Positions 17,177-27,309 of a stretch of 29,396 bases of DNA are shown piece by piece. Each line of letters opens with the position of its first letter. The stretch's first letter is position 1. The stretch spans positions 1 through 29,396 of the forward strand of contig JANOSY010000019.1 in the NCBI GenBank assembly GCA_031416075.1. The letters are read 5' to 3'. The position numbers and the translations under genes are program-made. This stretch comes from Candidatus Tenderia sp. GTDB taxonomy: Bacteria; Pseudomonadota; Gammaproteobacteria; Tenderiales; Tenderiaceae. Below the pieces are notes generated by a model. The model was not told the origin of the DNA and made no database searches. It worked only from the letters and a program-made list of their open reading frames with translations.

Positions 17177-19918
17177 CTATTGAGGCACGCTGAAGAGCGT
17201 AGGGTCATCTCTTTTTAGTTCTAACAGCTTTTTAAACTCATCTGTACTCATTTTTGGTTTGGAGAATGTTGGCATTACCACGTTGACTACATTGTTAAGC
17301 TGCTGCTCCGTACCATCCTGATAGCGAATATAGAGATGGTAGCTGCCAGGTACCACTGTTGCCGGCAGTGTAAAACGGCCGTCAGCCGCCTCTTTAAGGC
17401 GGATAGACGGCAGCAGCCGTAGTGCGGTGATGGTGGTGGCACCGCTCAGGTAGAGTACCCCTTCATGGAGCCGCAGCCGATTAACCCTGTTTAACATCGG
17501 ATAATGTTCGATAATCTTGAGCGTTGTTGGTTCAAGTCGCATCACCTCGTACTCACCGCTGACGATTAGCGTCTTTCCTGCATGGGCAATGGCGTGAATG
17601 GCGCGGTTCAGTGTCCGTTCTGATTGTAGTGTGATCTCGGTTTTACTCACCTCAAACTGGAGCAGCTGGGTACCGTGGCCAACGTAGAGGGTATCGCCCA
17701 CCGCCAGCAGTGGCCCGGTCTCACCAGTGAGTGGGTGGTATCCCAGCGCTGCCACTTTGCCAGTGGCATCCACACCATAACGGTGCAGGCCATCGTGGCT
17801 GGCGACAATCAGACCATGGCTGGTCAGGGCGATGGCACTGGCCTTGAGGTTGATGCGCGCCAGCTGGCGCGGCAGTTTGGGGCTGCTGATGTCATAGAGC
17901 AGCACCCCTTGCAGTTCATCGAGCAGCCAGAGGTGGTTCTGATCGACGATGACATCGACAACACGGCCATCGGTCGGCGTGGTACTGAGCCAGCGCGCCT
18001 CGAAGGGGTTGCCGATGTCGGCAATCGCCAGACCGCCATCCCCCATCGCCAGATAGGCGCGGCCATTTGCCAGGGCGATACGTCGGGCATCACCGGGGAA
18101 GTTAACACCGGTGATCCAGGTGGGGTTGAGCGGGTTGTTGATATCGAAGATCTGCAAGCCGTTGCTGCCCTGGGCCACAAAGGCGTAATTATCCTGAGTG
18201 GTAATGTCATTCACACGACCACGCTCGTGGTAGTCCCCCACTACATGCACGGCGGCAGGATCGCTGACATCGAGCACCGCAATGCCGCCCCACCAATCCA
18301 TGGCAAAGAGGTGGTTACCCTCCACCTTCAGCCCCCAGGTGGCACCACGGGTATCAAAACTGCTGACGACCTTGGGTACCTTGAGATTGCTGATATCGAG
18401 GATATGAATCCCCGCCAGCCAGCTGGCGACATAGAGTTTGTCGCCGATCAGGTCGAGGCCGCGGCTGTTGCCGGGCAGGGCGGTGTGGCTGAGCACCTTG
18501 GGTGCAGCCGGGTCAGCGATATCGAGTACGTAGACGCCGTCATCAAAAAAGGCCACAAAGGCGATGTTGTCACGGATCATCACCTCCTCCGCCGCTGTGC
18601 CGGGGGTGAACTGGCCGAGTAGCTGCGGCGCTTTGGCATCTTTCACATCAAAGATCAGCAGGCCGGTATCGTCATCGGCGACGTAGAGCCGCTCGCCCTG
18701 AATCTCCAGTGACCACGCCTTGCCGGGGGTATCGACTTCGCTGAGTTGTTCTGGCTTGGCAGGATCACTGACGTCGATGATCTGAAAGCCGCCGCGATGG
18801 CTGGCAAGGTAGAGCAGATCGCCCGCCAGCTTCGGCGTGTAACCGAGGCCGCCGGTCTGAATGTGCGAGATCAGCTTTGGCGCACGCGGATTTTTTACAT
18901 CAATGATCTGCAGCCCATGGTCATCGTCCGGCACATAGGCGACGTTGTCGCGCACCACCATCCCCTTAGGCGAGCCGGGAGTATGAAAGCTGGAGAGCAG
19001 CAGCGGCAGGTGGGGGTTGCTGATGTCGTAGAGGTGGATGCCGGAGAACCAGTCGGCCACATAGGCGATGTGGTTGGCGATGAAGACGCGGCGCTCACCG
19101 CCAAAGTTGACCCCTTGGCCAAAGTTCAGCCCCTCGTTGCTGATTTGTGGCATGGGGGCGCTGAAGTCGATCACATCGATGGTGTTGTCGGTACGCAGAT
19201 AGACGTTCTGGTCAAACCAGGCCAGGTCACGCACCGCCGTCGCGCTGCGCCAGGCGTTGATCACCGTCGGCTCCGCCGGGTTGTTGATGTCGATGAGGTA
19301 GACAATGCCGCCGTCGCTCAGCGCCAGCACCTTGTCATCAGCGGCGACCACACGCACGATGCGCCCCAGCTTCTGGTGGCTGCCGCGCCAGCGTGGATAT
19401 TTGGCGTCACTGATGTCGAGCACCGTGACGCCATTTCTGTCGTTGGCGAGGATGGCCAGGGAATCGACCACCACCAGGTCGTGCAGTGGCGCGGGGGCGC
19501 GGTAGCGACCGGTCACCTTGGCCTGTTTCTGTTGGGCCGAATAGAGCACCAGCTCGTTACCCTGTTCGATGCGAAGCCCCTGGCCATTTTGCTGCACTGT
19601 GGGGGGTGAGGTGTTGAAGTGTGCCGCCTCCACGCCCTCCGGCCCCATCTGTTGTAACAGGTGCAGGCCATCAGGTTGGTTGATCAGGGTGTAGTCGCCA
19701 TGGCTACCGGGGGTCAGTGGCAGCTGTTGCAGCAGATGGGGGCCACCGGGCAGCAGGCTGATCTGCTGGATTGTTCTGGCATCTACCCCGTGTAACTGGA
19801 GCGTGGCCTCCTTACCAACGGTGACGGTGGTTGGTGTGATCTCAATCGCGGCCATGGCTGATGGAGTCAGGCTGGAGGCGAGCAGGAGGGCGACTAATAA
19901 GGGTTGCTTATAAGACAA
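17177..19918 (-). CDS. secreted LVIVD-repeat (beta-propeller-like) protein
   Basis: Signal peptide (..SAMA-A); about 13 recognisable ~42-aa repeats of the form G..LYVA....GL.I.DIS.P..P. Confidence 0.88.
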   Translation of the reverse strand: MSYKQPLLVALLLASSLTPSAMAAIEITPTTVTVGKEATLQLHGVDARTIQQISLLPGGPHLLQQLPLTPGSHGDYTLINQPDGLHLLQQMGPEGVEAAHFNTSPPTVQQNGQGLRIEQGNELVLYSAQQKQAKVTGRYRAPAPLHDLVVVDSLAILANDRNGVTVLDISDAKYPRWRGSHQKLGRIVRVVAADDKVLALSDGGIVYLIDINNPAEPTVINAWRSATAVRDLAWFDQNVYLRTDNTIDVIDFSAPMPQISNEGLNFGQGVNFGGERRVFIANHIAYVADWFSGIHLYDISNPHLPLLLSSFHTPGSPKGMVVRDNVAYVPDDDHGLQIIDVKNPRAPKLISHIQTGGLGYTPKLAGDLLYLASHRGGFQIIDVSDPAKPEQLSEVDTPGKAWSLEIQGERLYVADDDTGLLIFDVKDAKAPQLLGQFTPGTAAEEVMIRDNIAFVAFFDDGVYVLDIADPAAPKVLSHTALPGNSRGLDLIGDKLYVASWLAGIHILDISNLKVPKVVSSFDTRGATWGLKVEGNHLFAMDWWGGIAVLDVSDPAAVHVVGDYHERGRVNDITTQDNYAFVAQGSNGLQIFDINNPLNPTWITGVNFPGDARRIALANGRAYLAMGDGGLAIADIGNPFEARWLSTTPTDGRVVDVIVDQNHLWLLDELQGVLLYDISSPKLPRQLARINLKASAIALTSHGLIVASHDGLHRYGVDATGKVAALGYHPLTGETGPLLAVGDTLYVGHGTQLLQFEVSKTEITLQSERTLNRAIHAIAHAGKTLIVSGEYEVMRLEPTTLKIIEHYPMLNRVNRLRLHEGVLYLSGATTITALRLLPSIRLKEAADGRFTLPATVVPGSYHLYIRYQDGTEQQLNNVVNVVMPTFSKPKMSTDEFKKLLELKRDDPTLFSVPQ

Positions 19919-19935
19919 TATGCATTCCTTTCAAG

Positions 19936-19972
19936 CAGACGGTGCGGGGGTGCAACCCCCCGCTCTGGTCTG
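19936..19972. repeat. GC-rich hairpin between hemL and the LVIVD gene
   Basis: CAGAC..GCGGGGG-TGCAAC-CCCCCGC..GTCTG; no U tract on the minus strand. Confidence 0.5.
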
Positions 19973-19981
19973 TTATCAGCG

Positions 19982-21268
19982 TTAGAGGGTGGAAAAAACC
20001 TTCTCCGCCGCAATCAGGGTATTTTTGATATCGCGATCGGTATGGGCCGAGGAGACAAAACCGGCCTCGTAGGCCGACGGTGCCAGATAGATACCCTCAT
20101 CCAACATGGCGTGGAAGAACTTCTTGAAGCGCTCCACATCGCACTGGGTCGCTTGTTGAAAGTTTTCGACCTTTGCTTCAGCGCTGAAAAAGAGGCCAAA
20201 CATACCGCCGACAACATTGCTGGTCATGGGGATGTTGAAGGCGTGGGCGCGGGTGACAAAGCCGTGCACCAGCTTTTCGGTCATGGCGTTCAGATTCTCG
20301 TAGAAGCCGGGTTTGGATATCTCCTCCAGATTGGCCAGACCGGCGGCCATGGCGATGGGGTTGCCGGACAAGGTACCCGCCTGATAGATCGGGCCGAGTG
20401 GTGCAATCTGCGACATGATGTCACGACGGCCGCCAAAGGCACCCACCGGCATGCCACCACCAATCACCTTACCGAGGGTGGTGAGGTCGGGTGTGACGTT
20501 GTAATAGGCCTGAGCGCCGCCCAGGGCGACACGGAAACCGGTCATCACCTCATCGAATATCAGCACCGTGCCGTACTGGTCGCACACCTCACGCAGCCCT
20601 TCAAGGAAACCGGCCTTGGGCGGAATGCAGTTCATGTTACCGGCAACGGGTTCAACGATGATGCAGGCGATCTGGCCGCCAACCTTGGCGAAGGTATCGC
20701 GCACCTGATCAAGGTTGTTGTAGTCCAGGGTGATGGTATGTTCCGCCAGCGCCACCGGTACACCAGGGGAGGTGGGCACGCCGAGGGTCAACGCGCCGGA
20801 ACCGGCCTTCACCAGCAGCGAGTCCGAGTGGCCGTGGTAACACCCTTCAAACTTGACGATCTTGTCGCGGTTGGTAAAACCACGGGCCAGACGGATGGCG
20901 CTCATGGTCGCCTCGGTGCCAGAGCTGACCATGCGGATCATTTCTATGGCGGGCATAATTTCGCAGACCCGGTCCGCCAGCTCGGTTTCAAGGGCTGTTG
21001 GGGCACCAAAACTGAGGCCGTTTTTCAGCGCTGCCGTTACTGCCGCCAATACCTTGGGGTGGGCGTGACCGAGGATGGCCGGCCCCCATGAGCCGACGTA
21101 GTCGATGTACTGTTTGTCATCTTCATCAAATAGATAGGGGCCTTCACCACGTTTGAAAAAGATTGGATCACCACCGACACCACGAAAGGCACGGACCGGT
21201 GAATTAACACCACCGGGAATATGTATCTGGGCAGCCTGGAACAGGTCGTGTGAGCGGGTCATGGTCAA
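19982..21268 (-). CDS. hemL: glutamate-1-semialdehyde 2,1-aminomutase
   Basis: Motifs [41 protein letters not shown] (PLP Lys) and QAGTLSGNP. Confidence 0.98.
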   Translation of the reverse strand: MTMTRSHDLFQAAQIHIPGGVNSPVRAFRGVGGDPIFFKRGEGPYLFDEDDKQYIDYVGSWGPAILGHAHPKVLAAVTAALKNGLSFGAPTALETELADRVCEIMPAIEMIRMVSSGTEATMSAIRLARGFTNRDKIVKFEGCYHGHSDSLLVKAGSGALTLGVPTSPGVPVALAEHTITLDYNNLDQVRDTFAKVGGQIACIIVEPVAGNMNCIPPKAGFLEGLREVCDQYGTVLIFDEVMTGFRVALGGAQAYYNVTPDLTTLGKVIGGGMPVGAFGGRRDIMSQIAPLGPIYQAGTLSGNPIAMAAGLANLEEISKPGFYENLNAMTEKLVHGFVTRAHAFNIPMTSNVVGGMFGLFFSAEAKVENFQQATQCDVERFKKFFHAMLDEGIYLAPSAYEAGFVSSAHTDRDIKNTLIAAEKVFSTL

Positions 21269-21297
21269 TCCTTCTCTATTAATTTTAATGTTCAGTG

Positions 21298-21915
21298 TTA
21301 AAACAGCGCGGCGTAACGGCGTGCCGCGCTCTGGATATCCGGTTGGCCAAACACCCCCTGTACCACGGCCAGCATATCAGCACCGGCGGCGATTAGATCA
21401 GCGCCATTCTCAGGTGTGATGCCGCCAATGGCGACCACCGGGAGGTTGAGTTCGTGGCGGCTGCGTAACAGTAGCTCAGGTGTGGCGTGTACAGCAGCAG
21501 GTTTGGTGGCCGATGGAAAAAAGGCACCAAAGGCGATGTAGTCAGCCCCGTCTCTTGCCGCGGCCTCCGCCAGTGCCCACTCATTGTAACAAGAGAGACC
21601 AATAATGCCGTCCCTCAGTTGCTGACGTGTCTCTTTTACAGTGCCATCACCTCGGCCAAGGTGGATACCGTCAGCACCAATGGCGGCGGCCAGCGCCACG
21701 TCATCATTGATAATAAAGGTTACACCGTGTTGGCGGCAGAGTGTCAGTAATGCCTCGGCCTCCTGTCGGCGACGTGAGGGCTGGTCACTTTTGTCGCGGT
21801 ATTGAATAATCCGGGCACCACCGTGAATCGCCTGTTCTGCGGCGACCAGCAGCTGGCCATGGGGGCTGAGCGTGCTATCGGTAATGGCATAGAGTCCGCG
21901 TAAACGGCTGCTCAC
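21298..21915 (-). CDS. thiE: thiamine-phosphate synthase
   Basis: Motifs LYAITD, QYRDK, IINDD, GIHLG, S.TKP and VAIGGIT; 4-nt overlap with thiD. Confidence 0.95.
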   Translation of the reverse strand: MSSRLRGLYAITDSTLSPHGQLLVAAEQAIHGGARIIQYRDKSDQPSRRRQEAEALLTLCRQHGVTFIINDDVALAAAIGADGIHLGRGDGTVKETRQQLRDGIIGLSCYNEWALAEAAARDGADYIAFGAFFPSATKPAAVHATPELLLRSRHELNLPVVAIGGITPENGADLIAAGADMLAVVQGVFGQPDIQSAARRYAALF

Positions 21916-22724
21916 CCCTGTTCATCCTCATCGCCCCGTGCCCAGAAGAGCCGATTGGGGATGGTCTGCCCCATGCCAATGCGGTAGCCATGTTTGAGCG
22001 TCTCCCACGCATATTGCTGGGCTTCGTGAATGGCGGCAAAGGGATCGAGTCCCTGCGCCAGCAGGCCGGCAATGGCCGAGGCCAGTGTACAGCCAGAGCC
22101 GTGGTAGCTGCCGGGTAGTCGCTCCCAACTAAAGGTTTCAAGGTTGCGGTGCTCGGCGTAGAGGCGGTTCTCCACCATCGGGCTGTTTTCATGGGCACCG
22201 GTAATCAGCACAAATTCACACCCCATGTCGAGCAGCGCCTGGGCACAGGCATCCAGATTGTCAGCGGTGGAGGCAAAACGGCGCGCCTCGATACTGTTGG
22301 GGGTGAGCACGGTGGTTTGAGGCAACAGTAGTGAGATGATGGCATCAATAATCTCGTCACCAGCCAGTTCACCACCACCGCCAGCGGTGATGATGGGGTC
22401 CAGCACCACCGGGATAGCGGGGTAGTCCATCAGCAGGGTGTGAATCGCCTCGACATTCGCGACGCTGCCGATCATGCCGATCTTGAAGGCGGCCACGGGC
22501 ATATCTTCAAGCACGGCGCGGGCCTGTTCGATCAACACCGTGGCGTCGACGGCCTCAAAGCGGAAGACTTTCTGGGTATCTTGTATGGTCAGTGCGGTAA
22601 TCACTGGCGCGGCGTGGCAGCCCATGCTGAGCAGCGCCTCAATATCGGCCTGAATACCGGCGCCACCGGTAGGGTCGTTGCCGGAGAGTGTCATCACTAC
22701 CGGTACGGTGTGCAGTTGTGTCAC
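21912..22724 (-). CDS. thiD: hydroxymethylpyrimidine/phosphomethylpyrimidine kinase
   Basis: Motifs G.DPTGGAGIQAD, KIGM, VVLDP, TPN..EA and HGSGCTLASAIA. Start uncertain (GTG 22724 or ATG 22769). Confidence 0.93.
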   Translation of the reverse strand: MTQLHTVPVVMTLSGNDPTGGAGIQADIEALLSMGCHAAPVITALTIQDTQKVFRFEAVDATVLIEQARAVLEDMPVAAFKIGMIGSVANVEAIHTLLMDYPAIPVVLDPIITAGGGGELAGDEIIDAIISLLLPQTTVLTPNSIEARRFASTADNLDACAQALLDMGCEFVLITGAHENSPMVENRLYAEHRNLETFSWERLPGSYHGSGCTLASAIAGLLAQGLDPFAAIHEAQQYAWETLKHGYRIGMGQTIPNRLFWARGDEDEQG

Positions 22725-22789
22725 TTGGGTTCCCTGTCTGTGTTGCTGTGAAGCAGAGGATTTTATCATTGTGAGGTGAGTTGGCGGAG

Positions 22790-22819
22790 AAAAAAAAGCC
22801 AGCCCGAAGGCTGGCTTTT
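22790..22819 (-). terminator. intrinsic terminator after the cytochrome c gene
   Basis: Minus strand AAAAGCCAGCC-TTCG-GGCTGGC followed by T8. Confidence 0.9.
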
Positions 22820-22843
22820 GCGGTACTGTTTTGCTGTAAGCGA

Positions 22844-23173
22844 TTACAGGGCGATAATGAAATCGACCAGCTTCTCGATATCGGCATCTGCAACACGTGG
22901 TGAGTACGGAGGCATTGGTACGCCGCCGGTGACGGCAGTCCAGTTACCCTTGCCGCCCTTCTTCACTTTGTCAACCAGTGCGGCCTTGGCACCGGCGTCG
23001 CCCTTGTACTTGGCGGCAACATCTTTCCAGCCTGGACCTACAACCTTTTTGTCGACGCTATGGCATGCCAGGCAGCCGCTCTTCTTGGCCAGTTCCAGAT
23101 CGGCGTTTGCCTGACCGGCAACACCCAACATCAGAACTGCAGCAGCAGAAATACTCAACAGACGTGTCTTCAT
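22844..23173 (-). CDS. periplasmic monoheme cytochrome c (c551/c552, c8-like)
   Basis: Signal peptide (..QANA-D), CLACH heme site, KVVGP, KGG.G.W and axial Met in PMPP; RBS GAGGGGAG before ATG 23173. Confidence 0.95.
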   Translation of the reverse strand: MKTRLLSISAAAVLMLGVAGQANADLELAKKSGCLACHSVDKKVVGPGWKDVAAKYKGDAGAKAALVDKVKKGGKGNWTAVTGGVPMPPYSPRVADADIEKLVDFIIAL

Positions 23174-23412
23174 GATAAATCTCCCCTCATAACGAGTTAA
23201 TGAAAAAAAACAGCAATAGTGCCATTCCATCATGATCCGATTGCTGTTATCAGTCTCCCCTAGTTTCAAACAGCATCTTTGATCGTACTACAGGAACATA
23301 TTGCTTGTTGTGTCACTACGTTCCACTTCCACAACAGTTCCGTACCGTGGTTATGCCACGGACAATTTACTACTGTCAAGTATTATCGGGTTGCAGCTAA
23401 GTCAATTATTAT

Positions 23413-24261
23413 TCAGGTATTTTGTGTGGTTTTAGCGGTTGAGGGCGCTTCATCGCGGTTGATTGGGTAGCTGCCGACCTTGCCAATGATGGGAAGTATC
23501 AGGAGCCACGGTAAGGTGAGGCGTGAACGATCGCGGAACTGTGTCAGGCCGACCTCCATCGTCTCATGGCCCGCGCTGGGTTGGGCACGGTAGGTGCCAA
23601 AGAGGCGGTCCCAGCAGGCGAGACTGAAACCGTAATTACTGTTGGTTTCGCGCTTGATGCTGGAGTGGTGAATGTGGTGCATATCGGGCGTGACAATGAC
23701 CCAGCGGAGGGCTCTGTCCAGTCTTTCAGGTAACCGTAAATTGCCATGGTTGAACATGGAGCTGGCGTTGAGCAGCAGCTCAAAGATGATGACCGCCATG
23801 ACGGGAGCGCCCAGCACGGCGATGGCGGCAAACTTGATAATCATCGACAGCGCTATTTCAACGGGATGAAAGCGCAAGCCGGTGGTCAGGTCGTACTCCA
23901 GATCGGCATGATGCACCATGTGTAGTCGCCACAACAGTGGAACGGCGTGGAAAAGTATGTGCTGAAAGTAGATGATCAGGTCTAATGCGATGACACTTAA
24001 TAGCAGGGCTAAACTGGGGCTGAGGGTGTAATAGTTGAATAAACCCCACTGTTCCTGTTCCACAAAGATGGCCATACCGATGGCAGCGGCTGGAAAAATG
24101 AGTCGTAAAATCAGTGCGTTGATAAAAATCAGGGCAAGGTTATTAAGCCAGCGAGCCGCCTTGTGTAAGGGCGCGCGACGTGGATAGCGGGTTTCAAAGA
24201 AGGCTACGGTGGCAAACACGCCGAAAAACACAGCCAGGCGGATAAGTGGTTCGTGTTCCAT
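23413..24261 (-). CDS. sterol desaturase/fatty acid hydroxylase family membrane protein
   Basis: His boxes HILFH, HMVHH, FNH and HHIHH; RFHPVE and NYG....WDRLFGT. Confidence 0.9.
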   Translation of the reverse strand: MEHEPLIRLAVFFGVFATVAFFETRYPRRAPLHKAARWLNNLALIFINALILRLIFPAAAIGMAIFVEQEQWGLFNYYTLSPSLALLLSVIALDLIIYFQHILFHAVPLLWRLHMVHHADLEYDLTTGLRFHPVEIALSMIIKFAAIAVLGAPVMAVIIFELLLNASSMFNHGNLRLPERLDRALRWVIVTPDMHHIHHSSIKRETNSNYGFSLACWDRLFGTYRAQPSAGHETMEVGLTQFRDRSRLTLPWLLILPIIGKVGSYPINRDEAPSTAKTTQNT

Positions 24262-24320
24262 GGGGTTGTTAGTGCTCCTAAGTCGTGTGGAGTTGCAATG
24301 TTGCCGGATGCACCTATAAC

Positions 24321-24336
24321 ATTAGAGAATTCTAAT
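24321..24336. promoter_or_regulatory. palindromic operator-like site
   Basis: ATTAGA-GAAT-TCTAAT in the divergent intergenic region, 31 nt upstream of the DUF2892 gene. Confidence 0.55.
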
Positions 24337-24367
24337 ATTATCTATGTCACCATTGAGAGGCGCAACT

Positions 24368-24607
24368 ATGAACATTACACGCATTACACGAACGATGGCA
24401 GGGACCTTTATTTTACTTTCATTGGCGTTAGGCGTTGAAGCCAGCCCGCTGTTCCATAGCAGCCAGTGGTTGTGGTTCACCCTGTTTGTGGGCATTAACC
24501 TCTTTCAGAGTGGTATTACTGGTTGGTGTTTGATGGATAAAATACTTGCTAAACTGGGAGGGGTATCGGCAGCAGGTGCGGGTTGCTCCGCTAAAACATG
24601 CCAATAA
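24368..24607 (+). CDS. DUF2892 (YgaP-like) small membrane protein
   Basis: R..AG..IL, W..FT.FVG.NLFQSG.TGWC.M..IL.KLG pattern; RBS GAGG before ATG 24368. Confidence 0.88.
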   Translation: MNITRITRTMAGTFILLSLALGVEASPLFHSSQWLWFTLFVGINLFQSGITGWCLMDKILAKLGGVSAAGAGCSAKTCQ

Positions 24608-24634
24608 AGCTTTCAAAATCAGAATATTGAAAAT

Positions 24635-25264
24635 TTATTGGCGTGCGAGGTAGCTCATGATGAACTCGATAATCTCAACCCGGTTGTAGGTCTGCTGCAG
24701 TGAGTCTCCCCACACGGTGATGCCATGGTTGCGGATCATCAGCGCGGGGATTTGGGGTGGTTCGGCGGTAAAGCGTTTGTGAATCTCATGGGCGATGCTC
24801 GGCACATCAAGTCTGTTATCAAAAAGAGCCAGAGTCACTTGCGGTGACTCCTCCCAAATATCCAGCCCCTTGATCATCTCCAGTGGTGGTAGCGGCATTG
24901 CCTTGATCCGAGGTTCAATTTTTGCGGTGGCAAGACAGGCATCAATAGTGTGGATATGAAAACAGGCCTGTGCGTTTGGGAAGAGGGTATAGATGGCTTG
25001 GTGGATACTGGTCTCTGCTGATGGCCGAGCATCATCACGTAAACGTTGCAGGATTTTGTTACCCTCGAGCCCCATCAAAATCAGATCGCGGGTATCAAGT
25101 TTGCCTTTGGGTAGGCCGCTGCTGGTGATCCATAATCCCTTCCCATCCTCAGATCGGGTACTGAGATTGCCCGCAGTACCCGCCATCCAGCCACGGCGAT
25201 GAAAATCGTAAGCGATGGCGGTTATAGCCGCGTGGACCGGCATCTGGTTAAAATCACTGGCCAT
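24635..25264 (-). CDS. mtnB: methylthioribulose-1-phosphate dehydratase (class II aldolase fold)
   Basis: Motifs GW..GTAGNLS, IT.SG..KG.L, PSAET..H, H.H, EMIKG and IRNHG..VWG. Confidence 0.88.
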   Translation of the reverse strand: MASDFNQMPVHAAITAIAYDFHRRGWMAGTAGNLSTRSEDGKGLWITSSGLPKGKLDTRDLILMGLEGNKILQRLRDDARPSAETSIHQAIYTLFPNAQACFHIHTIDACLATAKIEPRIKAMPLPPLEMIKGLDIWEESPQVTLALFDNRLDVPSIAHEIHKRFTAEPPQIPALMIRNHGITVWGDSLQQTYNRVEIIEFIMSYLARQ

Positions 25265-25270
25265 GGTTAT

Positions 25271-26593
25271 TTATGACTGTTTGGGACCCGCTGGGCGTGG
25301 CTTTTGGCGTGGCGAGGCACGGTTGTTGGAGCGGTTTTGTGCCCCATCTTTGTGTGAACCCTTGTGGTGTGGCTTTGGGGTCTGGCGTTCTACCCTGACA
25401 GGTGGCAGGGGCGTGAGTAATAAGTCAGTGCTGACAGCCTGAGAGTTGAGCTTTGACCCAATGTACTCCTCAACTTCCGGTAGGTGGAACGAATAATCTT
25501 CGCAGGCGAAACTGATGGCAACGCCGCTGGCACCGGCACGGGCAGTGCGGCCGATGCGGTGTACATAATCCTCTGCGCTTTGTGGCAGATCAAAATTAAA
25601 GACATGGCTAATGGCGGGAATGTGCAGCCCCCGTGCAGCGACATCGGTGGCCACCAGAATAGGCAATTCCCCCTGTTGAAACTCCCCCAGTAGACGTTGG
25701 CGTTTGTTTTGTGGAATGTCGCCAGAGAGCAGCCCCGATTTGTAACCATTGCCCTCAAGATAGCCCCATACCTGTTCAGCCGCACGCTTGGTGTTTACAA
25801 AGACAATAGAGCGTTCGGGTTGCAGTTTTTTTAGCAATCCTAGTAATAATGGGATTTTTTCATCGTTGGCTGTGTAGTAGACACTCTGTTCCACATTGTC
25901 CGCAGTAATTGAGTCGCTCTCAATTTTAACCACTTGTGGGTTGTTCATATGTTCGTAGGCCAGTTCAGTCACGCGGTGTGACATGGTGGCGGAGAAGAGC
26001 ATATTCAGGCGTTGCTCAGGGTGGGGCATACGCCGTAACAGAAAACGGACATCACTGATAAAACCAAGATCGAACATACGATCAGCCTCATCCAGCACCA
26101 TCGCCTGAATGGCCTTGAGATCAAAAACTTTCTGTTTAAAAAAATCGATGATGCGTCCAGGGGTACCTATTAATATATCAATACCTTCGGTCAATGCGTT
26201 ACGCTGTGATTCGTAGTTGGCACCACCGTAGGCCAGCCCCAGCATTAGACCTGTGTGGCTATTAAGGGCCGTTGCGTCTTTATGAATCTGTATCGCCAGT
26301 TCGCGGGTGGGGGCCATGATGAGCACCCGGGGCTGGTTGGGGCGGCGGTGCTCTGAAGCAGGCACGGTTAATAACCTGTTCATCACCGCTACCAGAAAGG
26401 CAATGGTTTTCCCCGTCCCTGTTTTGGCTTGGCCAGCAACATCGTTGCCGTTGAGCAGCAGAGGTAATGTATCTCCCTGAATCGGAGTGCAAAATTCATA
26501 GCCAGAATCGGTAATCCCCTGCATCAGCGGGGCGGACAACTTAAGGCTGGAAAAGCGGATATCAGAGAGGTGTGTAACTTCCATAAGGCCCAT
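25271..26593 (-). CDS. rhlB: DEAD-box RNA helicase RhlB
   Basis: Q motif CTPIQ, A.TGTGKT, PTRELA, TPGR, DEAD, SAT, ARGLH and HRIGRT; divergent from trxA-rho, which is the canonical synteny. Start may be 26584. Confidence 0.95.
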   Translation of the reverse strand: MGLMEVTHLSDIRFSSLKLSAPLMQGITDSGYEFCTPIQGDTLPLLLNGNDVAGQAKTGTGKTIAFLVAVMNRLLTVPASEHRRPNQPRVLIMAPTRELAIQIHKDATALNSHTGLMLGLAYGGANYESQRNALTEGIDILIGTPGRIIDFFKQKVFDLKAIQAMVLDEADRMFDLGFISDVRFLLRRMPHPEQRLNMLFSATMSHRVTELAYEHMNNPQVVKIESDSITADNVEQSVYYTANDEKIPLLLGLLKKLQPERSIVFVNTKRAAEQVWGYLEGNGYKSGLLSGDIPQNKRQRLLGEFQQGELPILVATDVAARGLHIPAISHVFNFDLPQSAEDYVHRIGRTARAGASGVAISFACEDYSFHLPEVEEYIGSKLNSQAVSTDLLLTPLPPVRVERQTPKPHHKGSHKDGAQNRSNNRASPRQKPRPAGPKQS

Positions 26594-26755
26594 TAGCTTA
26601 GTTTTTAAAGGGGTCCGGACAGTGCCGGACTTGCATTATTGTTCAGCATAAGCTTGAATCTTACAGAGAATAATCTCATTAAGACACTTGATTCGAAGAT
26701 GTTTTTGTATGATTCTGTTGGGATTGCCAATAATGGCCTGAATGGAGGCATTACA

Positions 26756-27082
26756 GTGAGTGATAATATCGTCTACGTAACAGACGCAAGTTTTGATCAA
26801 GAAGTTTTGAGTGCGGACGGGCCAGTGTTGGTCGATTTTTGGGCTGAATGGTGTGGCCCCTGCAAAATGATTGCGCCAATTCTGGATGAGATTGCAACTG
26901 AGTATGCGGGTCGGGTACGTGTTGCCAAGTTGAATATTGATGAAAATTCAGGCACACCGCCAAAATATGGTATTCGTGGCATCCCTACCTTGATGTTGTT
27001 TAAGGGTGGAAATGTTGAGGCTACCAAGGTGGGGGCCGTATCCAAGTCACAGTTGATAGCCTTTTTGGACACTAATATCTAG
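26756..27082 (+). CDS. trxA: thioredoxin
   Basis: WCGPC and GIPTL; GTG start at 26756 behind GGAGG gives 108 aa. Confidence 0.97.
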   Translation: MSDNIVYVTDASFDQEVLSADGPVLVDFWAEWCGPCKMIAPILDEIATEYAGRVRVAKLNIDENSGTPPKYGIRGIPTLMLFKGGNVEATKVGAVSKSQLIAFLDTNI

Positions 27083-27103
27083 GTCTTGCTAGGTTGTCGA
27101 GAG

Positions 27104-27153
27104 GCCGTGCCTAGCAATTAGGGCTAGACACGGCAATTTAAAAGTGGTAGGGT
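27104..27153 (+). promoter_or_regulatory. hairpin after trxA overlapping a putative sigma-70 promoter of rho
   Basis: Stem GCCGTGCCTAGC/GCTAGACACGGC (27104-27134); -35 TAGACA (27125-27130), 17-nt spacer and extended -10 TGG-TAGGGT (27148-27153). Confidence 0.55.
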
Positions 27154-27309
27154 TGCAGAATAACGATTATAATTAATCCGACATTTACAAATAATTAATA
27201 GATCATCCCTCACCGATGATTTCCGAGTCGGTCTTTTCCGGCGTATTCCGAACTCCCTCAGAACCTTTCGTTTTCCCTATATCTTTCAGTGGCCGACAAT
27301 AAATCACTT

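Noticed and set aside
17675-21091. Long + strand ORFs (17675-18622, 18746-19609, 19904-21091)
   Set aside because: Antisense to the LVIVD gene and hemL; explained by GC-rich codon bias.
22725-22843. TPP riboswitch upstream of thiD-thiE
   Set aside because: No CUGAGA or matching aptamer core; the region holds only the cytochrome c terminator.
23174-23269. N-terminal extensions in the ORF track (cytochrome c; also trxA 26639 and rho 27289)
   Set aside because: RBS position, signal peptide and family N-termini support the downstream starts.
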